From: Minisyncoccota bacterium
Lineage (GTDB): Bacteria; Patescibacteriota; Minisyncoccia; Phycocordibacterales; UBA9973
Direction: 5' to 3'
DNA length: 64,000 bases
Assembly: GCA_028718635.1 (NCBI GenBank)
Contig: JAQULK010000001.1
Location: 607,834 to 671,833, forward strand
Shown: one piece after another, positions 10,463 to 20,222 of the stretch
Layout: each line of letters starts with the position of its first letter
Numbering within the stretch: the stretch's first letter is position 1
Made by a program: the position numbers and the translations under genes
Notes under the pieces: model-generated
What the model saw: only the letters and a program-made list of their open reading frames with translations
Told to the model about the DNA's origin: nothing
Databases searched by the model: none

Positions 10463-10584
10463 CCCGTTAGAAGCAGGTTGCGGTCACCATACCGCAATTA
10501 TACTTAATTATGCTATTAAATTTTGTATTTCTTTTAAACATTAAATATATTTAACTGCGACCGCGGCTTCTAACGGGATTGCAT
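10460..10584 (-). mobile_element. Start-codon-associated IR element at alaS
   Basis: ATGCAA-TCCCGTTAGAAGC...GCTTCTAACGGG-ATGCAA on the gene strand. Confidence 0.8.
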
Positions 10585-10590
10585 ACAACT

Positions 10591-11076
10591 TTATTTCACC
10601 GGTTGATCTATTTCTTCAACAATTTTTCTAATAGGTTTTTCAAGAATATTTATTAAAACTAGTATTAAAAGTACTAAGACAGTAACAAGTATGGCTAGAC
10701 TATAAAGTCCGAAACCAGCCGCCATACCGATACCTGCAGTAACCCAAAGCCCACCAGCGGTAGTAAGGCCTCTAAGCTGTGAACCATAAAGCATTATAGA
10801 ACCAGCACCCAAAAAACCGATACCAACGACAATTTGTGATGGAATCATTACTGGGTTCAAGCCTGGAAGGTTTATATATTTTTGCACCAACGCTTCTGAA
10901 ACCAATACAAAAACCGCTGAACCCAAAGAGACAAGAGCATGTGTTTTCATGCCAGCATCCTTGTGAACAAAGAATCTTTCTGCACCCACTAAAAGCCCTA
11001 AACCTACCGCTACTACTAATTTCAAAATAACATCTCCGTTTTGTATAAAAAATTGTTCCATCGGATAATTATACAA
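10591..11076 (-). CDS. MgtC/SapB family membrane protein
   Basis: GAER, AGMKTHALV, GIGFLGAG, GLTTAGGLWVTAGIG. Confidence 0.92.
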   Translation of the reverse strand: MYNYPMEQFFIQNGDVILKLVVAVGLGLLVGAERFFVHKDAGMKTHALVSLGSAVFVLVSEALVQKYINLPGLNPVMIPSQIVVGIGFLGAGSIMLYGSQLRGLTTAGGLWVTAGIGMAAGFGLYSLAILVTVLVLLILVLINILEKPIRKIVEEIDQPVK

Positions 11077-12292
11077 CTACTCCACCACCCAAGCAAACAT
11101 TACCATCATAAATGACACAAGATTGACCAGACGCAACTAAAACAGGCTTCTCAAAAATCACTTGTGCAGAAGCCTTACTTCCGCAAATTATTTTGCAAGA
11201 TAAAAATTCCCCATGATAACGAATTTGCGCAGTATAGGTTTTATTTTGTTCTGGAATCTTAGAAATCCAATTGATACTACTCAAAACAAGAGAAAAACTA
11301 TTTGAAAAAGAGGCTACGGAGCGCGACGGCGCGAGTCTTGAGGAATTTTTCAGCAGAAAAATATCCGGACTCTTTTTTAGATAGTTTTTGTCTTGTGATA
11401 CATATAAAATATTTTTCTTTATATCTTTGTCCACCACATAATAGGCTCCATCTGTCGGTGTCTTTTTTGTGATAGTAAAACCATGCCTCTCTCCTAAGGT
11501 ATAAAAAACTTCACCGTCGTGAAAGCCGATCTCTTTTCCATTTTCATTCCCCGCTTCCTGCGGGGCAAGCAACACTTTCCCCTTTTTTTCTTTTATATAA
11601 TGTTTTAAGAATTCTTTTAAATCCACTGCTCCCAGAAAACAAATGCCTTGACTATCTTTTTTTTCTGCAATAGAAAGCTTGAATTTTTTAGCAAGTTTTC
11701 TAACTTCAGTTTTTTTGAGATCTCCAATGGGAAATAAAATCTTCTTTAACTGCTCTTGCCTGAGTGTCCACAAAAAATAACTTTGATCTTTTGCAGGATC
11801 ATTACCTTTCGCAAGCTGAAAAGATGTTCTTTCTTCGGCATTCGCAACCAAAGCTCGGTCAGCCATGTTCAAGATAGAGTGCGAGCCGTGAGAAAGAAGC
11901 ATCTTTTCAGCTTTTGCGTAATGACCAGTAGCCACAAAATCTGCCCCCATTGAAAGAGCCTTTTTAAGGAAAGCTCCAAATTTTACTTCTTTATTACACA
12001 TCACATCCGGATTCGGTGTCCGTCCGAGCTTATATTCTCGAATCATATAATCAGCCACTTCTTTTTTATAAACATCTTCAAAATCAAAAGTAAGAAAAGG
12101 AATATCCAAAGCTGCTGCCACACGCATTGCATCCATACGTTCTTGCTCTTCATTGCAAGCCAAAAAATCCGGATGCCATGTTTTAATAAATACTCCCACA
12201 ACTTCAAAGCCTTGCTTTTTTAGCAAAGCTGCCGAAACAGCGCTATCTACGCCACCCGAAAGTCCCACAAAAACTATTTTTTTCTTTTTCAT
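11069..12292 (-). CDS. mnmA: tRNA 2-thiouridylase MnmA, with three palindromic in-frame insertions
   Basis: SGGVDSAV, TPNPDVMCN, ATGHYA, KDQSYFL, DSQGICF. Confidence 0.97.
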   Translation of the reverse strand: MKKKKIVFVGLSGGVDSAVSAALLKKQGFEVVGVFIKTWHPDFLACNEEQERMDAMRVAAALDIPFLTFDFEDVYKKEVADYMIREYKLGRTPNPDVMCNKEVKFGAFLKKALSMGADFVATGHYAKAEKMLLSHGSHSILNMADRALVANAEERTSFQLAKGNDPAKDQSYFLWTLRQEQLKKILFPIGDLKKTEVRKLAKKFKLSIAEKKDSQGICFLGAVDLKEFLKHYIKEKKGKVLLAPQEAGNENGKEIGFHDGEVFYTLGERHGFTITKKTPTDGAYYVVDKDIKKNILYVSQDKNYLKKSPDIFLLKNSSRLAPSRSVASFSNSFSLVLSSINWISKIPEQNKTYTAQIRYHGEFLSCKIICGSKASAQVIFEKPVLVASGQSCVIYDGNVCLGGGVVV

Positions 12293-12300
12293 GTTTTATT

Positions 12301-12415
12301 CGTAAACTCAAATATAATATTTTTGCCGGTACGGATTTTTTGAAGCTTAAAAAATCCTGAAATTCTCGCGCCGTCGCGCTCGAAACCCCTTAAAAACATT
12401 ATATTTGAGTTTACG
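12301..12415. repeat. Hairpin/MITE-like element, copy 2 (inverted relative to 242-352)
   Basis: Same core ggattttttgaagcttaaaaaatcc and gcgccgtcgcgctc; outer arms cgtaaactcaaatataat/attatatttgagtttacg. Confidence 0.8.
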
Positions 12416-12938
12416 ATTCCATCAGCTTTTTGTAAAGCTCAAAGGTCGCACGGGCATCAGAGAGAGCAGAGTGTGGACGCTCGTTTTTAATACCAAAATG
12501 CAAGCACAATTCACGCAAAGAAAAATGCTCAAAATTTTTATTATTATGCAACTTCGCCCAAGCGATAGAGATCGTATCTAATTTATGATAATGCATGGTA
12601 TTTATGGTCTCGATTTTATTAAAGACATATTCTAAAAATCCTGCATCAAAGGCAACATTGTGTCCAACCATAATGCAGTCTTTAACTTTTTTAGAAAAAA
12701 TTTTTATCGCTTCTTTTAGATCAAGCGCATCCTTCCAATCCTCTTGATTAAAATGATTCACTTTAATAGCAGCTGGGTCAGCGTTTTTAATGTATTCCGG
12801 TTTAATTTTTAATTCAAATTCCTCAATCACATCAAGAGTTGATGACGTAAACACACAACCAATCTCAATAATCTCATGCTTCAGTAAACTTAAGCCAGTG
12901 GTTTCTATATCAATAAAAGCAAAATTGTGTTTTCTCAT
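12411..12938 (-). CDS. DEDDh 3'-5' exonuclease (DnaQ-like)
   Basis: FIDIETTG, GHNVAFD, HSALSDA. Confidence 0.92.
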   Translation of the reverse strand: MRKHNFAFIDIETTGLSLLKHEIIEIGCVFTSSTLDVIEEFELKIKPEYIKNADPAAIKVNHFNQEDWKDALDLKEAIKIFSKKVKDCIMVGHNVAFDAGFLEYVFNKIETINTMHYHKLDTISIAWAKLHNNKNFEHFSLRELCLHFGIKNERPHSALSDARATFELYKKLMES

Positions 12939-12945
12939 GATTTTT

Positions 12946-13653
12946 TTATTTCAAGTATTTTTTTATATTTTGATTATGTTCTGTAAAAGTCTTTGCATAA
13001 TGTATATTACCATCTTTATCATGAAGATAATAAAGATATTGTGAATTTTGCGGATGGATAGAGGCAATTATGGCCGCGAGCCCTGGATTGCTGATCGGAT
13101 TCTCCGGCAATCCCTTTGTTTTATAAGTCTCTGGCGCGGAATCTACTTGAAGCGGCATGCCGATTTTGATTCTTTTCCATAAAATTCCAGAAATTACTCC
13201 CCTGTCTACGTCTCCTTTTGACTCCCCCTCAATGATTGAAGCCATTGTGATGATATCTTTTTCAGACTTTCCTGTTGAAGAAATTTCAGGCAAAAGAGAA
13301 GTGATTTTTTTATTGAAATTTTCACTCATGGATTTTATCACATCCGCCTCATTTGCATTATTAAGAAAGAAATAAGTATCCGGAAAAAGATACCCCTCTT
13401 GATCCCTTGCTTCTAGAAAAAATTTATCTTTATTGAAATTTTTTAATTTTAAAGCAGATACATTCGCTATTTGATTCAAGTTGAAACCTTCCGGAATAGT
13501 AATTGAAATCGGCACAATATTTCCATAATGCTGATTTCTTTCAATTCGCAAAATTTCCCTTCGACCAAGAACCAAAAAAGCAATAAGGCAAAGTAAGCCT
13601 AAAACTATTTTCCCGACACGTACGAGTTCTTTCAGTAAAAAAGAATTTTCCAT
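12946..13653 (-). CDS. mltG: Endolytic transglycosylase MltG/YceG (short)
   Basis: EGYLFPDTY, ASIIEGE, GMPLQVD, GLPENPISNPG. Confidence 0.88.
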   Translation of the reverse strand: MENSFLLKELVRVGKIVLGLLCLIAFLVLGRREILRIERNQHYGNIVPISITIPEGFNLNQIANVSALKLKNFNKDKFFLEARDQEGYLFPDTYFFLNNANEADVIKSMSENFNKKITSLLPEISSTGKSEKDIITMASIIEGESKGDVDRGVISGILWKRIKIGMPLQVDSAPETYKTKGLPENPISNPGLAAIIASIHPQNSQYLYYLHDKDGNIHYAKTFTEHNQNIKKYLK

Positions 13654-13656
13654 AAT

Positions 13657-15015
13657 TTATATTGGCAAATTCGTAGGCGGAGAAGCTTCTTTGGATTCGA
13701 TACGTTCAAGTGTAGGAACTTTCAAGATCTGACCTGGGAAGTGCCAGATTGTCGCAAGCTCTTCAACATTCAAAACATAAGTTTCGTGATGAGCATAGGC
13801 ATTTATTACAGAATCAAAAGGCCATTTCCAATGATGCTTTGAGAAAAGATGATGCCGAAGCGGAAGATGAAAAAAGGCACGCTCGCGATATTCATGAAGC
13901 ATTCTATTTGCCAGCATCATCACCGTTTCATTAGAGGCAAGAAAAGTACCGCTATAAAAATCCGCCTGAGCTGAATTTATACGATAAAATTCATTACAAT
14001 CAGGTCTGGCATATTGACGAAAGAGGAGACGCATGTTTCTTCTATTGCTCAAATTAAATACTTCTTTTTTTCCTATATACATTATGCGAACACCAGTTTC
14101 AAAACCTATCTTGGAAGTTTTGGCAGACATTGCCGCTACGGCATTTTTCAAAAAATCAGCAACACGAACCTCTATTCTTTTTGGTCCCTCACCCTTAAAA
14201 TCATCTTTAACAGCAGTATATGGTTTCAAAAATCTGAGCATTTCTTTTTTTGCCTCTTCTACCCAGCTATGTGGAACGTTATCAGAACCTGGTTTTGGTG
14301 TAATGACGATCTGGATCCATCCTTGCTCCCCTTTCTTGAGCGAACCGAAAAATTCTATCACTGGAGAAATAGGGTCAACTTTAAATTCTTCTTTTGGGTC
14401 TTTGTCTAATCCGAAATCAACATATGTTTTAATAGGATAAGCAAAATGTTTTGTCAATTTAAACTCGCATCCCCAGCCATTCCAAGCGCTCTCGGGACTA
14501 ATCTCATCCACAGCCAAAGTGTAATCCTCAACTACTTTTACCTGCGCTTGCGGATATTGCGCATACATCTGAGTCTCGATAAGATCTTTGATGCGTGAAG
14601 GCGTTCGTATATAAAAATGTACTTGTCCGTCGATAGACGCTATCTCCAATGAAAACCAAAACCAGACAGCGCCTTGCCAAAATTCTTCCTTGCCTCCTTT
14701 TATACTCCAATGATAAAGGGCATTAGTAAAAAAAAGTTCCATTGCTTTCGGGCTTCGCAATACCTCGCGCGGTGGGACTATTTCAAGCAACACAAACTCT
14801 ATGCCAGAAATAAAATCCTGCTGAACATAATGTACCCAAAGCTTCCAAGCGAGCCAGCCTAAAAATATCGTTCCGGCCAAGGCCAAAACCCCTATTTCGA
14901 GGTTGTATCTCCAAATCAAAAAACCCAGGATCACAACCACAATCCCAATCCAATAATTTTTTATAAAATCAAAAATCTTTTGCTCAATAGTTGGCCCCGT
15001 TTTTGCTTCCGCCAT
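13657..15015 (-). CDS. Membrane protein of unknown function
   Basis: 452 aa, two N-terminal TM segments, FSLEIAS...YAQYP, LNVEELATIWHFP. Confidence 0.7.
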   Translation of the reverse strand: MAEAKTGPTIEQKIFDFIKNYWIGIVVVILGFLIWRYNLEIGVLALAGTIFLGWLAWKLWVHYVQQDFISGIEFVLLEIVPPREVLRSPKAMELFFTNALYHWSIKGGKEEFWQGAVWFWFSLEIASIDGQVHFYIRTPSRIKDLIETQMYAQYPQAQVKVVEDYTLAVDEISPESAWNGWGCEFKLTKHFAYPIKTYVDFGLDKDPKEEFKVDPISPVIEFFGSLKKGEQGWIQIVITPKPGSDNVPHSWVEEAKKEMLRFLKPYTAVKDDFKGEGPKRIEVRVADFLKNAVAAMSAKTSKIGFETGVRIMYIGKKEVFNLSNRRNMRLLFRQYARPDCNEFYRINSAQADFYSGTFLASNETVMMLANRMLHEYRERAFFHLPLRHHLFSKHHWKWPFDSVINAYAHHETYVLNVEELATIWHFPGQILKVPTLERIESKEASPPTNLPI

Positions 15016-15052
15016 TCATCTATTTTAATGTATGTACCCAAAAATAACAAAC

Positions 15053-15079
15053 CCAGACAGCGCCTTAGGCGCTGTCTGG
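15053..15079. repeat. REP palindrome overlapping the transposase stop codon
   Basis: ccagacagcgcc-tta-ggcgctgtctgg. Confidence 0.85.
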
Positions 15080-15745
15080 TAAATCTTCTTCTTCAAGTAG
15101 AGAAGTTTTTCCTCTCTCCTTTCTAACTATTGAAACAATTTCGTCACAATGTTTTTTAAAATTTCTACTCCCATTAAAAATTTCTAATATCCTTTTTCCT
15201 TCCTCTTTTGAAACAATTTTAAAATTATTATTCTCGTATTCGTAATCACTAGCAATCGAAAGAGTTACTTTATTTTTTGGAATATTGTGAATTTGATAAT
15301 TTTTATTTACATAGCCAATGATTTTGTTAAAATAATTTTCATTACTAATGATTTGCGATTTAAAGGTTCCTTGAAAAAGTGACCCTGTGCGAGAATTTTT
15401 AATATTAAAGTAGGAAGTATATCCCGCTTGCAATTTTTGCATAAATTTAGCTATACCTCCATCCACTAACTGTTTTAAAACAAAATGAAAATGATTCGGA
15501 TTTAAACAATAAGTAGCAAAAGAAACCAATGGCTCTTTGGATACCTTAGACAACGCCTTAGGCACGGTCTTATCTTCATTTTTTCTTGCATTTCTTATGC
15601 TACCGATAATTTCTGTTTGATTAAATTCAGAAATACTTTCAATAAAGCGATCTAAGTCTTTCCTATTAAGAAAAATATCCCTTTTATCTACTCCACGATT
15701 GTAAATATGGTGGTACTCGCCCGTAACGATTGGTTGTTTTCTCAT
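15065..15745 (-). CDS. HUH (Y1) REP-associated tyrosine transposase, RAYT/IS200-like
   Basis: YHHIYNRG, YCLNPNHFHFVL (HUH), YFNIKNSRTGSLFQG; REP palindromes on both sides. Confidence 0.88.
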   Translation of the reverse strand: MRKQPIVTGEYHHIYNRGVDKRDIFLNRKDLDRFIESISEFNQTEIIGSIRNARKNEDKTVPKALSKVSKEPLVSFATYCLNPNHFHFVLKQLVDGGIAKFMQKLQAGYTSYFNIKNSRTGSLFQGTFKSQIISNENYFNKIIGYVNKNYQIHNIPKNKVTLSIASDYEYENNNFKIVSKEEGKRILEIFNGSRNFKKHCDEIVSIVRKERGKTSLLEEEDLPDSA

Positions 15746-15760
15746 TCTGTAAGTATAACA

Positions 15761-15785
15761 CAGACAGCGCCTAAGGCGCTGTCTG
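15761..15785. repeat. REP palindrome upstream of the transposase
   Basis: cagacagcgcc-taa-ggcgctgtctg. Confidence 0.85.
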
Positions 15786-15786
15786 A

Positions 15787-16641
15787 TTAACTCATTATTT
15801 TTATTGTTTTAAAGTTTTTAGAATCTAAACCTTTTATTGATATGTTTTCTTTTGTTATTTTACTAGATGCAATTTGAGAAGGAGAAAGCACGTATTCTTG
15901 GTAGCTATCCCCTATCTTTTTTAAAACTCCAATCCCTGGCCAAAATTTAGCCACGGAGGTTTTTGTTGTTCCGACTGGTATACAATTTGCCATTTTCATA
16001 CAAAAAACTATTATTTTTTCTTTTGCGCGATTGTACGCACGTCTTTTAGGGACTGTATAATACGACTGATGTAATAATTCTATTTTTTCTCTCCATAGAG
16101 GATCTTTGTCTTGACCTGGCTTTAAACGTACATTCAACTCAACCATATGTTTATGACGATCATCTAATTTAGGAAGTCCGCCCAATTCTTTTTCCATTAA
16201 TATGATTTTCTCTTTTAAGTCTTTTTCAAATTCTTCAGGTTGATAATATGACCTTACTGGTGTAAGAGTAAATTTTATATTTACTGGCAGATAGTCCTTA
16301 AGAAAATCAACAATTGCAATAAAACTCTTGGCGTAACTATCCGTATAAGCTTTTGGAATATTATTCATTCGTTCCACAATAATTTCATCCGAACTGAAAT
16401 CAAATTCTACCCCAGGTTTATATACTTCTGCTATTGGCTTTAGCCAATTCGTATAATACATCAAGGTAAATAATTCCGACCAATCCGCCTCCGGAGTTTC
16501 TTCCAGACGCCAAAGTTTATAACCACCAAATGGAAAAATTAATTTTATCGGTAAATTATTTTTTATGCTATTTGCTATAGCTTCGTAAATTTTAGGAATA
16601 TATTCAGGAGTTACGGCAAATTTCCTGAATTTTTTAGACAT
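15787..16641 (-). CDS. Hypothetical protein, weakly DIT1/PvcA (isonitrile synthase)-like
   Basis: PIKLIFPFGGYK...PEADWSE...IAEVYKPGVEFDFSSD recalls the PvcA pattern PD.AE...I..VY.PG...I.SD; judged by eye only. Confidence 0.45.
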   Translation of the reverse strand: MSKKFRKFAVTPEYIPKIYEAIANSIKNNLPIKLIFPFGGYKLWRLEETPEADWSELFTLMYYTNWLKPIAEVYKPGVEFDFSSDEIIVERMNNIPKAYTDSYAKSFIAIVDFLKDYLPVNIKFTLTPVRSYYQPEEFEKDLKEKIILMEKELGGLPKLDDRHKHMVELNVRLKPGQDKDPLWREKIELLHQSYYTVPKRRAYNRAKEKIIVFCMKMANCIPVGTTKTSVAKFWPGIGVLKKIGDSYQEYVLSPSQIASSKITKENISIKGLDSKNFKTIKIMS

Positions 16642-16716
16642 CAGGGTTTTGAATATAAAATCAGCTGATTCCTTATCGGATGAATTTTAACATAATAAAA
16701 TTTTTATACAAAAAAA

Positions 16717-16743
16717 CCAAACAGCGTCTTAGGCGCTGTCTGG
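16717..16743. repeat. Third REP palindrome (two substitutions)
   Basis: ccaaacagcgtc-tta-ggcgctgtctgg. Confidence 0.8.
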
Positions 16744-16762
16744 GAATAAAAAAAAGAAATTT

Positions 16763-17794
16763 TTACGCTACAGTGTAAAGTCCGTTTTTGTTTTTCTTGA
16801 AATATTTTGAATTGGCAAGATTCACTAAAATAGTATTTTTTTTGAAATATCTTTCTTTCATCACTCTTTTGACCACTTCGTCCTTTGATAATGGCTCTCC
16901 TGATTTTTTCAGAATATCTTGAATGACTTCCCGGGCAATACCTGCCTTATAGCCCCATTCAGAAAGAGCATATATTCCCCTGCCAACCAAAATAAAGCGA
17001 GAGTCTTTAATAAGCTCATTGTGACAGGTTGCGTAATGTATTTTTTTGCCGAAAGTTTTAGAAATAGAATCCGCCACCTCCTTGAAGTGCATAGGCGAAC
17101 CATGGCGTCTCATCACCAGAAAAGCATAATCTTTCACTCCACGGGTGCGGATATTGGGCGAAGAAGCCTTGCCCCATTCCCCCAATTTATTTTTCGCAAT
17201 AGTTTTAGAAATAGAAAGCCATCTTTTTGCCATCTCTTCATCTCTACATTCTACAGAACAATCTTTCATTTGATCAAAAAACCTCTTTATCATTTCTGTT
17301 TCTGGAATAAGATCTTCATCATTCAAACTGGCGTAAAGTTTTCGAAGAGCTTCATGCACTTTGTCAGCCATGGCATCATCTATGCTATAACGGGTGTGAA
17401 AATGTTCATCTTCACGATGTTTTTTAAAAACATCAGCTAGCGCTAGGAAAAAGTTTATATGATTTTGAGTATTCTTATCTTTAGATATATAAGGCAAGAA
17501 TTCATGTTCCGCAACGATTGACCCCAGGTTATGAACTATTTGTTTTAACTCGTCAAAAATAGCTTGCTCGTTTTTATAAGCATCGGATTTTTTGATAAGA
17601 TTTATAGCCGCCTCTTCAACCTGGCGAACGCGCTCCCTTGTAATTTTATATTTTTTTCCAATCTCTTCGAGAGTTTTTTTCTTGCCATCAGCGGTCAAAC
17701 CAAAACGGTTCAATATCACATCCAAAGTGCGATCATTAAGGTGTGCAGTTATTTTTTTGGTTATTTTTTGAGGTTTAAAAGTTATTGTTGCCAT
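16763..17794 (-). CDS. Sigma70 region-4-like HTH plus HARE-HTH (RNAP delta-like) protein
   Basis: TLEEIGKKYKITRERVRQVE; HNELIKDSRFILVGRGIYALSEWG. Confidence 0.8.
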   Translation of the reverse strand: MATITFKPQKITKKITAHLNDRTLDVILNRFGLTADGKKKTLEEIGKKYKITRERVRQVEEAAINLIKKSDAYKNEQAIFDELKQIVHNLGSIVAEHEFLPYISKDKNTQNHINFFLALADVFKKHREDEHFHTRYSIDDAMADKVHEALRKLYASLNDEDLIPETEMIKRFFDQMKDCSVECRDEEMAKRWLSISKTIAKNKLGEWGKASSPNIRTRGVKDYAFLVMRRHGSPMHFKEVADSISKTFGKKIHYATCHNELIKDSRFILVGRGIYALSEWGYKAGIAREVIQDILKKSGEPLSKDEVVKRVMKERYFKKNTILVNLANSKYFKKNKNGLYTVA

Positions 17795-17861
17795 CCCGGT
17801 ACTAAAATTTTAATTAATAAACTTTATCTTATTATCCCGTAATCAAAAATTTAGTACGGGA
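17792..17861 (-). mobile_element. Start-codon-associated IR element, divergent variant
   Basis: TCCCGTACTAAA...TTTAGTACCGGG-ATG; no duplicated ATG visible. Confidence 0.55.
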
Positions 17862-17872
17862 CAAGTATTTTT

Positions 17873-19708
17873 TTATCTTTTTGCCCTAGCTCGATCAATT
17901 TCCGTCAAAAATCTCTTGCGAAGTCTGACGGATTTGGGCGTAATTTCCAAGTATTCATCTCTATTCATCACCTCCAGACCTCGTTCGATACTTAAAATAA
18001 AAGTAGGATTTAAGGTTATCGCTTCATCAGTACCAGAAGCTCGCATATTGGTAAGCTGTTTTCCTTTTGTAGGATTGACAGACATGTCGTCTCCTTTAAG
18101 AACGTTACCAATCACCATCCCTTCATAAACATCCGTACCATGACCTATATACAGTATACCACGTTCTTGTAAGTTTGCAAGAGAAAAGGCTACCGCTTTG
18201 CCAGAAACCATCGAAATCATAGAACCGTATTCCCTCTTTTTTATCTCTCCTGCATATTCTCTAAATCCTGTAACTCTTGAACTCATTATCCCTTCCCCTT
18301 TAGTGTCTATGATAAACTCGCTGCGATATCCCAAAAGTCCGCGTGTCGGTATGTCAAAAATAATTCTAGCAATACCTTCTTTTTCTACCATGTCTTTCAT
18401 GATGCCTCGTCTTTTGCCAATTTTCTCTATAACGCTTCCGGAAAATTCCATCGGAACATCGATCACTAGCTCTTCATAAGGTTCTGTCTTCACGCCATTC
18501 TTTTCTTTTATAATAACTTCTGGTTGAGAAACTTGCATTTCAAAACCTTCTCTTCTCATATTTTCAAGCAGTATTGCGATGTGCAATTCTCCTCTGCCAT
18601 ATACTTTAAAAAATGAGGGGCCTGACTTATTTTCGTTTTGGTTCTGGAGAACCTGCCTGCCGGCAGGCAGGAAATCAACCTTGAGCCCGACGTTGATCTC
18701 TAATTCTTTTTCTAATCTTTCTTTGATTTGTCTTGAAGTGACAAACTTGCCTTCAAGACCTGCAAAAGGAGAATCATTTACTAAAAAATTAAGAGAAAGA
18801 GTCGGCTCATCGATAGCGATGTGCGGCAATATCTCTACGCTCTCGTCCTCGCATATGGTTTCTCCGATATAAATATCCGGAATTCCAGCCAGAAGAACGA
18901 TATCACCCGAAGTTGCAGAATCTATTTCTTTTCTATTTATCCCCTCGAAAACAAAAAGTTTTGTAATTTTCCCCCGGCGGATTTTCTCCTCGCCGTCAAT
19001 ATTGCCTTTTATAAAAACCTGGCTGCCTGATATCATCTTCCCGGAATAAATCCTAGCCACTGCCATTCTTCCTAAAAAATTATCATAACCCAAATTAAAA
19101 ACTTGCGCAGACATTTTGCCATCTTTGTTTACAGAAGCTGGAGGAACTTTTTCTAGTATTAGATCTAATAAAGGAGAAAGATCTGCTGATTCATCGCCTA
19201 AATGCCTGAAAGCTTTCCCTTGCCTGCCAATTGCATATATCGTTTCAAAATTGGCTTGCTCTTCATTTGCACCCAATTCAAAAAACAACTCCAAAATTTC
19301 TTCATGCACTTTATGCGGATCAGCTGCCGGCTTGTCTATTTTATTTATAACCACTATGGGCTTGAGGCCTAATTCCAAAGATTTTTTTAAAACGAATCTA
19401 GTTTGCGGCATCGGTCCTTCTGCTGCGTCTACCAACAGCAACACGGAATCTATGGCACGCAAAACCCGCTCCACTTCTGATCCGAAATCCGCGTGGCCAG
19501 GAGTATCTACGATGTTTATCTTTGTGTCTTTATAATAGATGGAAGTATTTTTTGAATAAATAGTAATACCACGCTCTTTTTCTAGATCGTTTGAATCCAT
19601 TGATACTCCTTCATCTTGAAGACCACCATTTTGCTTCATCAATGCATCAGTCAAGGTCGTCTTGCCATGATCCACGTGAGCTATTATTGCTATATTTCTA
19701 ATTTCCAT
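17873..19708 (-). CDS. typA: Translational GTPase TypA/BipA, with an in-frame LPAGRQ
   Basis: IRNIAIIAHVDHGKTTL, GRGELH, PTRGLLG, LEITPKSVRLRK. Confidence 0.98.
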   Translation of the reverse strand: MEIRNIAIIAHVDHGKTTLTDALMKQNGGLQDEGVSMDSNDLEKERGITIYSKNTSIYYKDTKINIVDTPGHADFGSEVERVLRAIDSVLLLVDAAEGPMPQTRFVLKKSLELGLKPIVVINKIDKPAADPHKVHEEILELFFELGANEEQANFETIYAIGRQGKAFRHLGDESADLSPLLDLILEKVPPASVNKDGKMSAQVFNLGYDNFLGRMAVARIYSGKMISGSQVFIKGNIDGEEKIRRGKITKLFVFEGINRKEIDSATSGDIVLLAGIPDIYIGETICEDESVEILPHIAIDEPTLSLNFLVNDSPFAGLEGKFVTSRQIKERLEKELEINVGLKVDFLPAGRQVLQNQNENKSGPSFFKVYGRGELHIAILLENMRREGFEMQVSQPEVIIKEKNGVKTEPYEELVIDVPMEFSGSVIEKIGKRRGIMKDMVEKEGIARIIFDIPTRGLLGYRSEFIIDTKGEGIMSSRVTGFREYAGEIKKREYGSMISMVSGKAVAFSLANLQERGILYIGHGTDVYEGMVIGNVLKGDDMSVNPTKGKQLTNMRASGTDEAITLNPTFILSIERGLEVMNRDEYLEITPKSVRLRKRFLTEIDRARAKR

Positions 19709-19766
19709 AAAAAAGAGCCCAAAAAAATATTGAGCTTCCTTTTATATTAACATATTTTTCTAAAAA

Positions 19767-20204
19767 CTACAAATTCTTCTTATTGGTGACGATTTTTACT
19801 ATTTTAGCAGTCAGAATATTTGTTGTCTTATCTAAATTCCCGACAATGATCACTTTTTGTCCTGCCAAAATATCGGTGGCAGAAGCCGAGATCCCATCTT
19901 TTTTATATACAGTTGATGCGTTTGTCGCCACATCTACTGAGGATGTTGTTTTAATTTTTAAGTTTTTTACATTTACTGTAAAACCTGAAGCAGTTAAATT
20001 GGAAACAACCCCTACTGCTACATTGTTTTGTTTCCTTAATCCTGTTTTATGCTTATTCTTATTTTGTTTTTGATAAGCCGAATGTACATTTTTTATACCC
20101 AAATCCCGCGGAGTAGAAGCAAAAACGCTTGAACCCGAAACTAATAATGATATGGCTAATGCCCCTGTCGCTATATGTTTTTTATATTTCATATATACCA
20201 TCAT
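19767..20204 (-). CDS. Secreted DUF5666-like protein
   Basis: Signal peptide ending VFA; T.YKKDG...DILAGQKV...G...AKIVKI pattern. Confidence 0.6.
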   Translation of the reverse strand: MMVYMKYKKHIATGALAISLLVSGSSVFASTPRDLGIKNVHSAYQKQNKNKHKTGLRKQNNVAVGVVSNLTASGFTVNVKNLKIKTTSSVDVATNASTVYKKDGISASATDILAGQKVIIVGNLDKTTNILTAKIVKIVTNKKNL

Positions 20205-20222
20205 ACAAGGAAGATGATGAAG

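Noticed and set aside
14662-14676. Half-REP match cagacagcgcctt inside the 452-aa gene
   Set aside because: Only one arm, explained by the coding sequence QGAVW.
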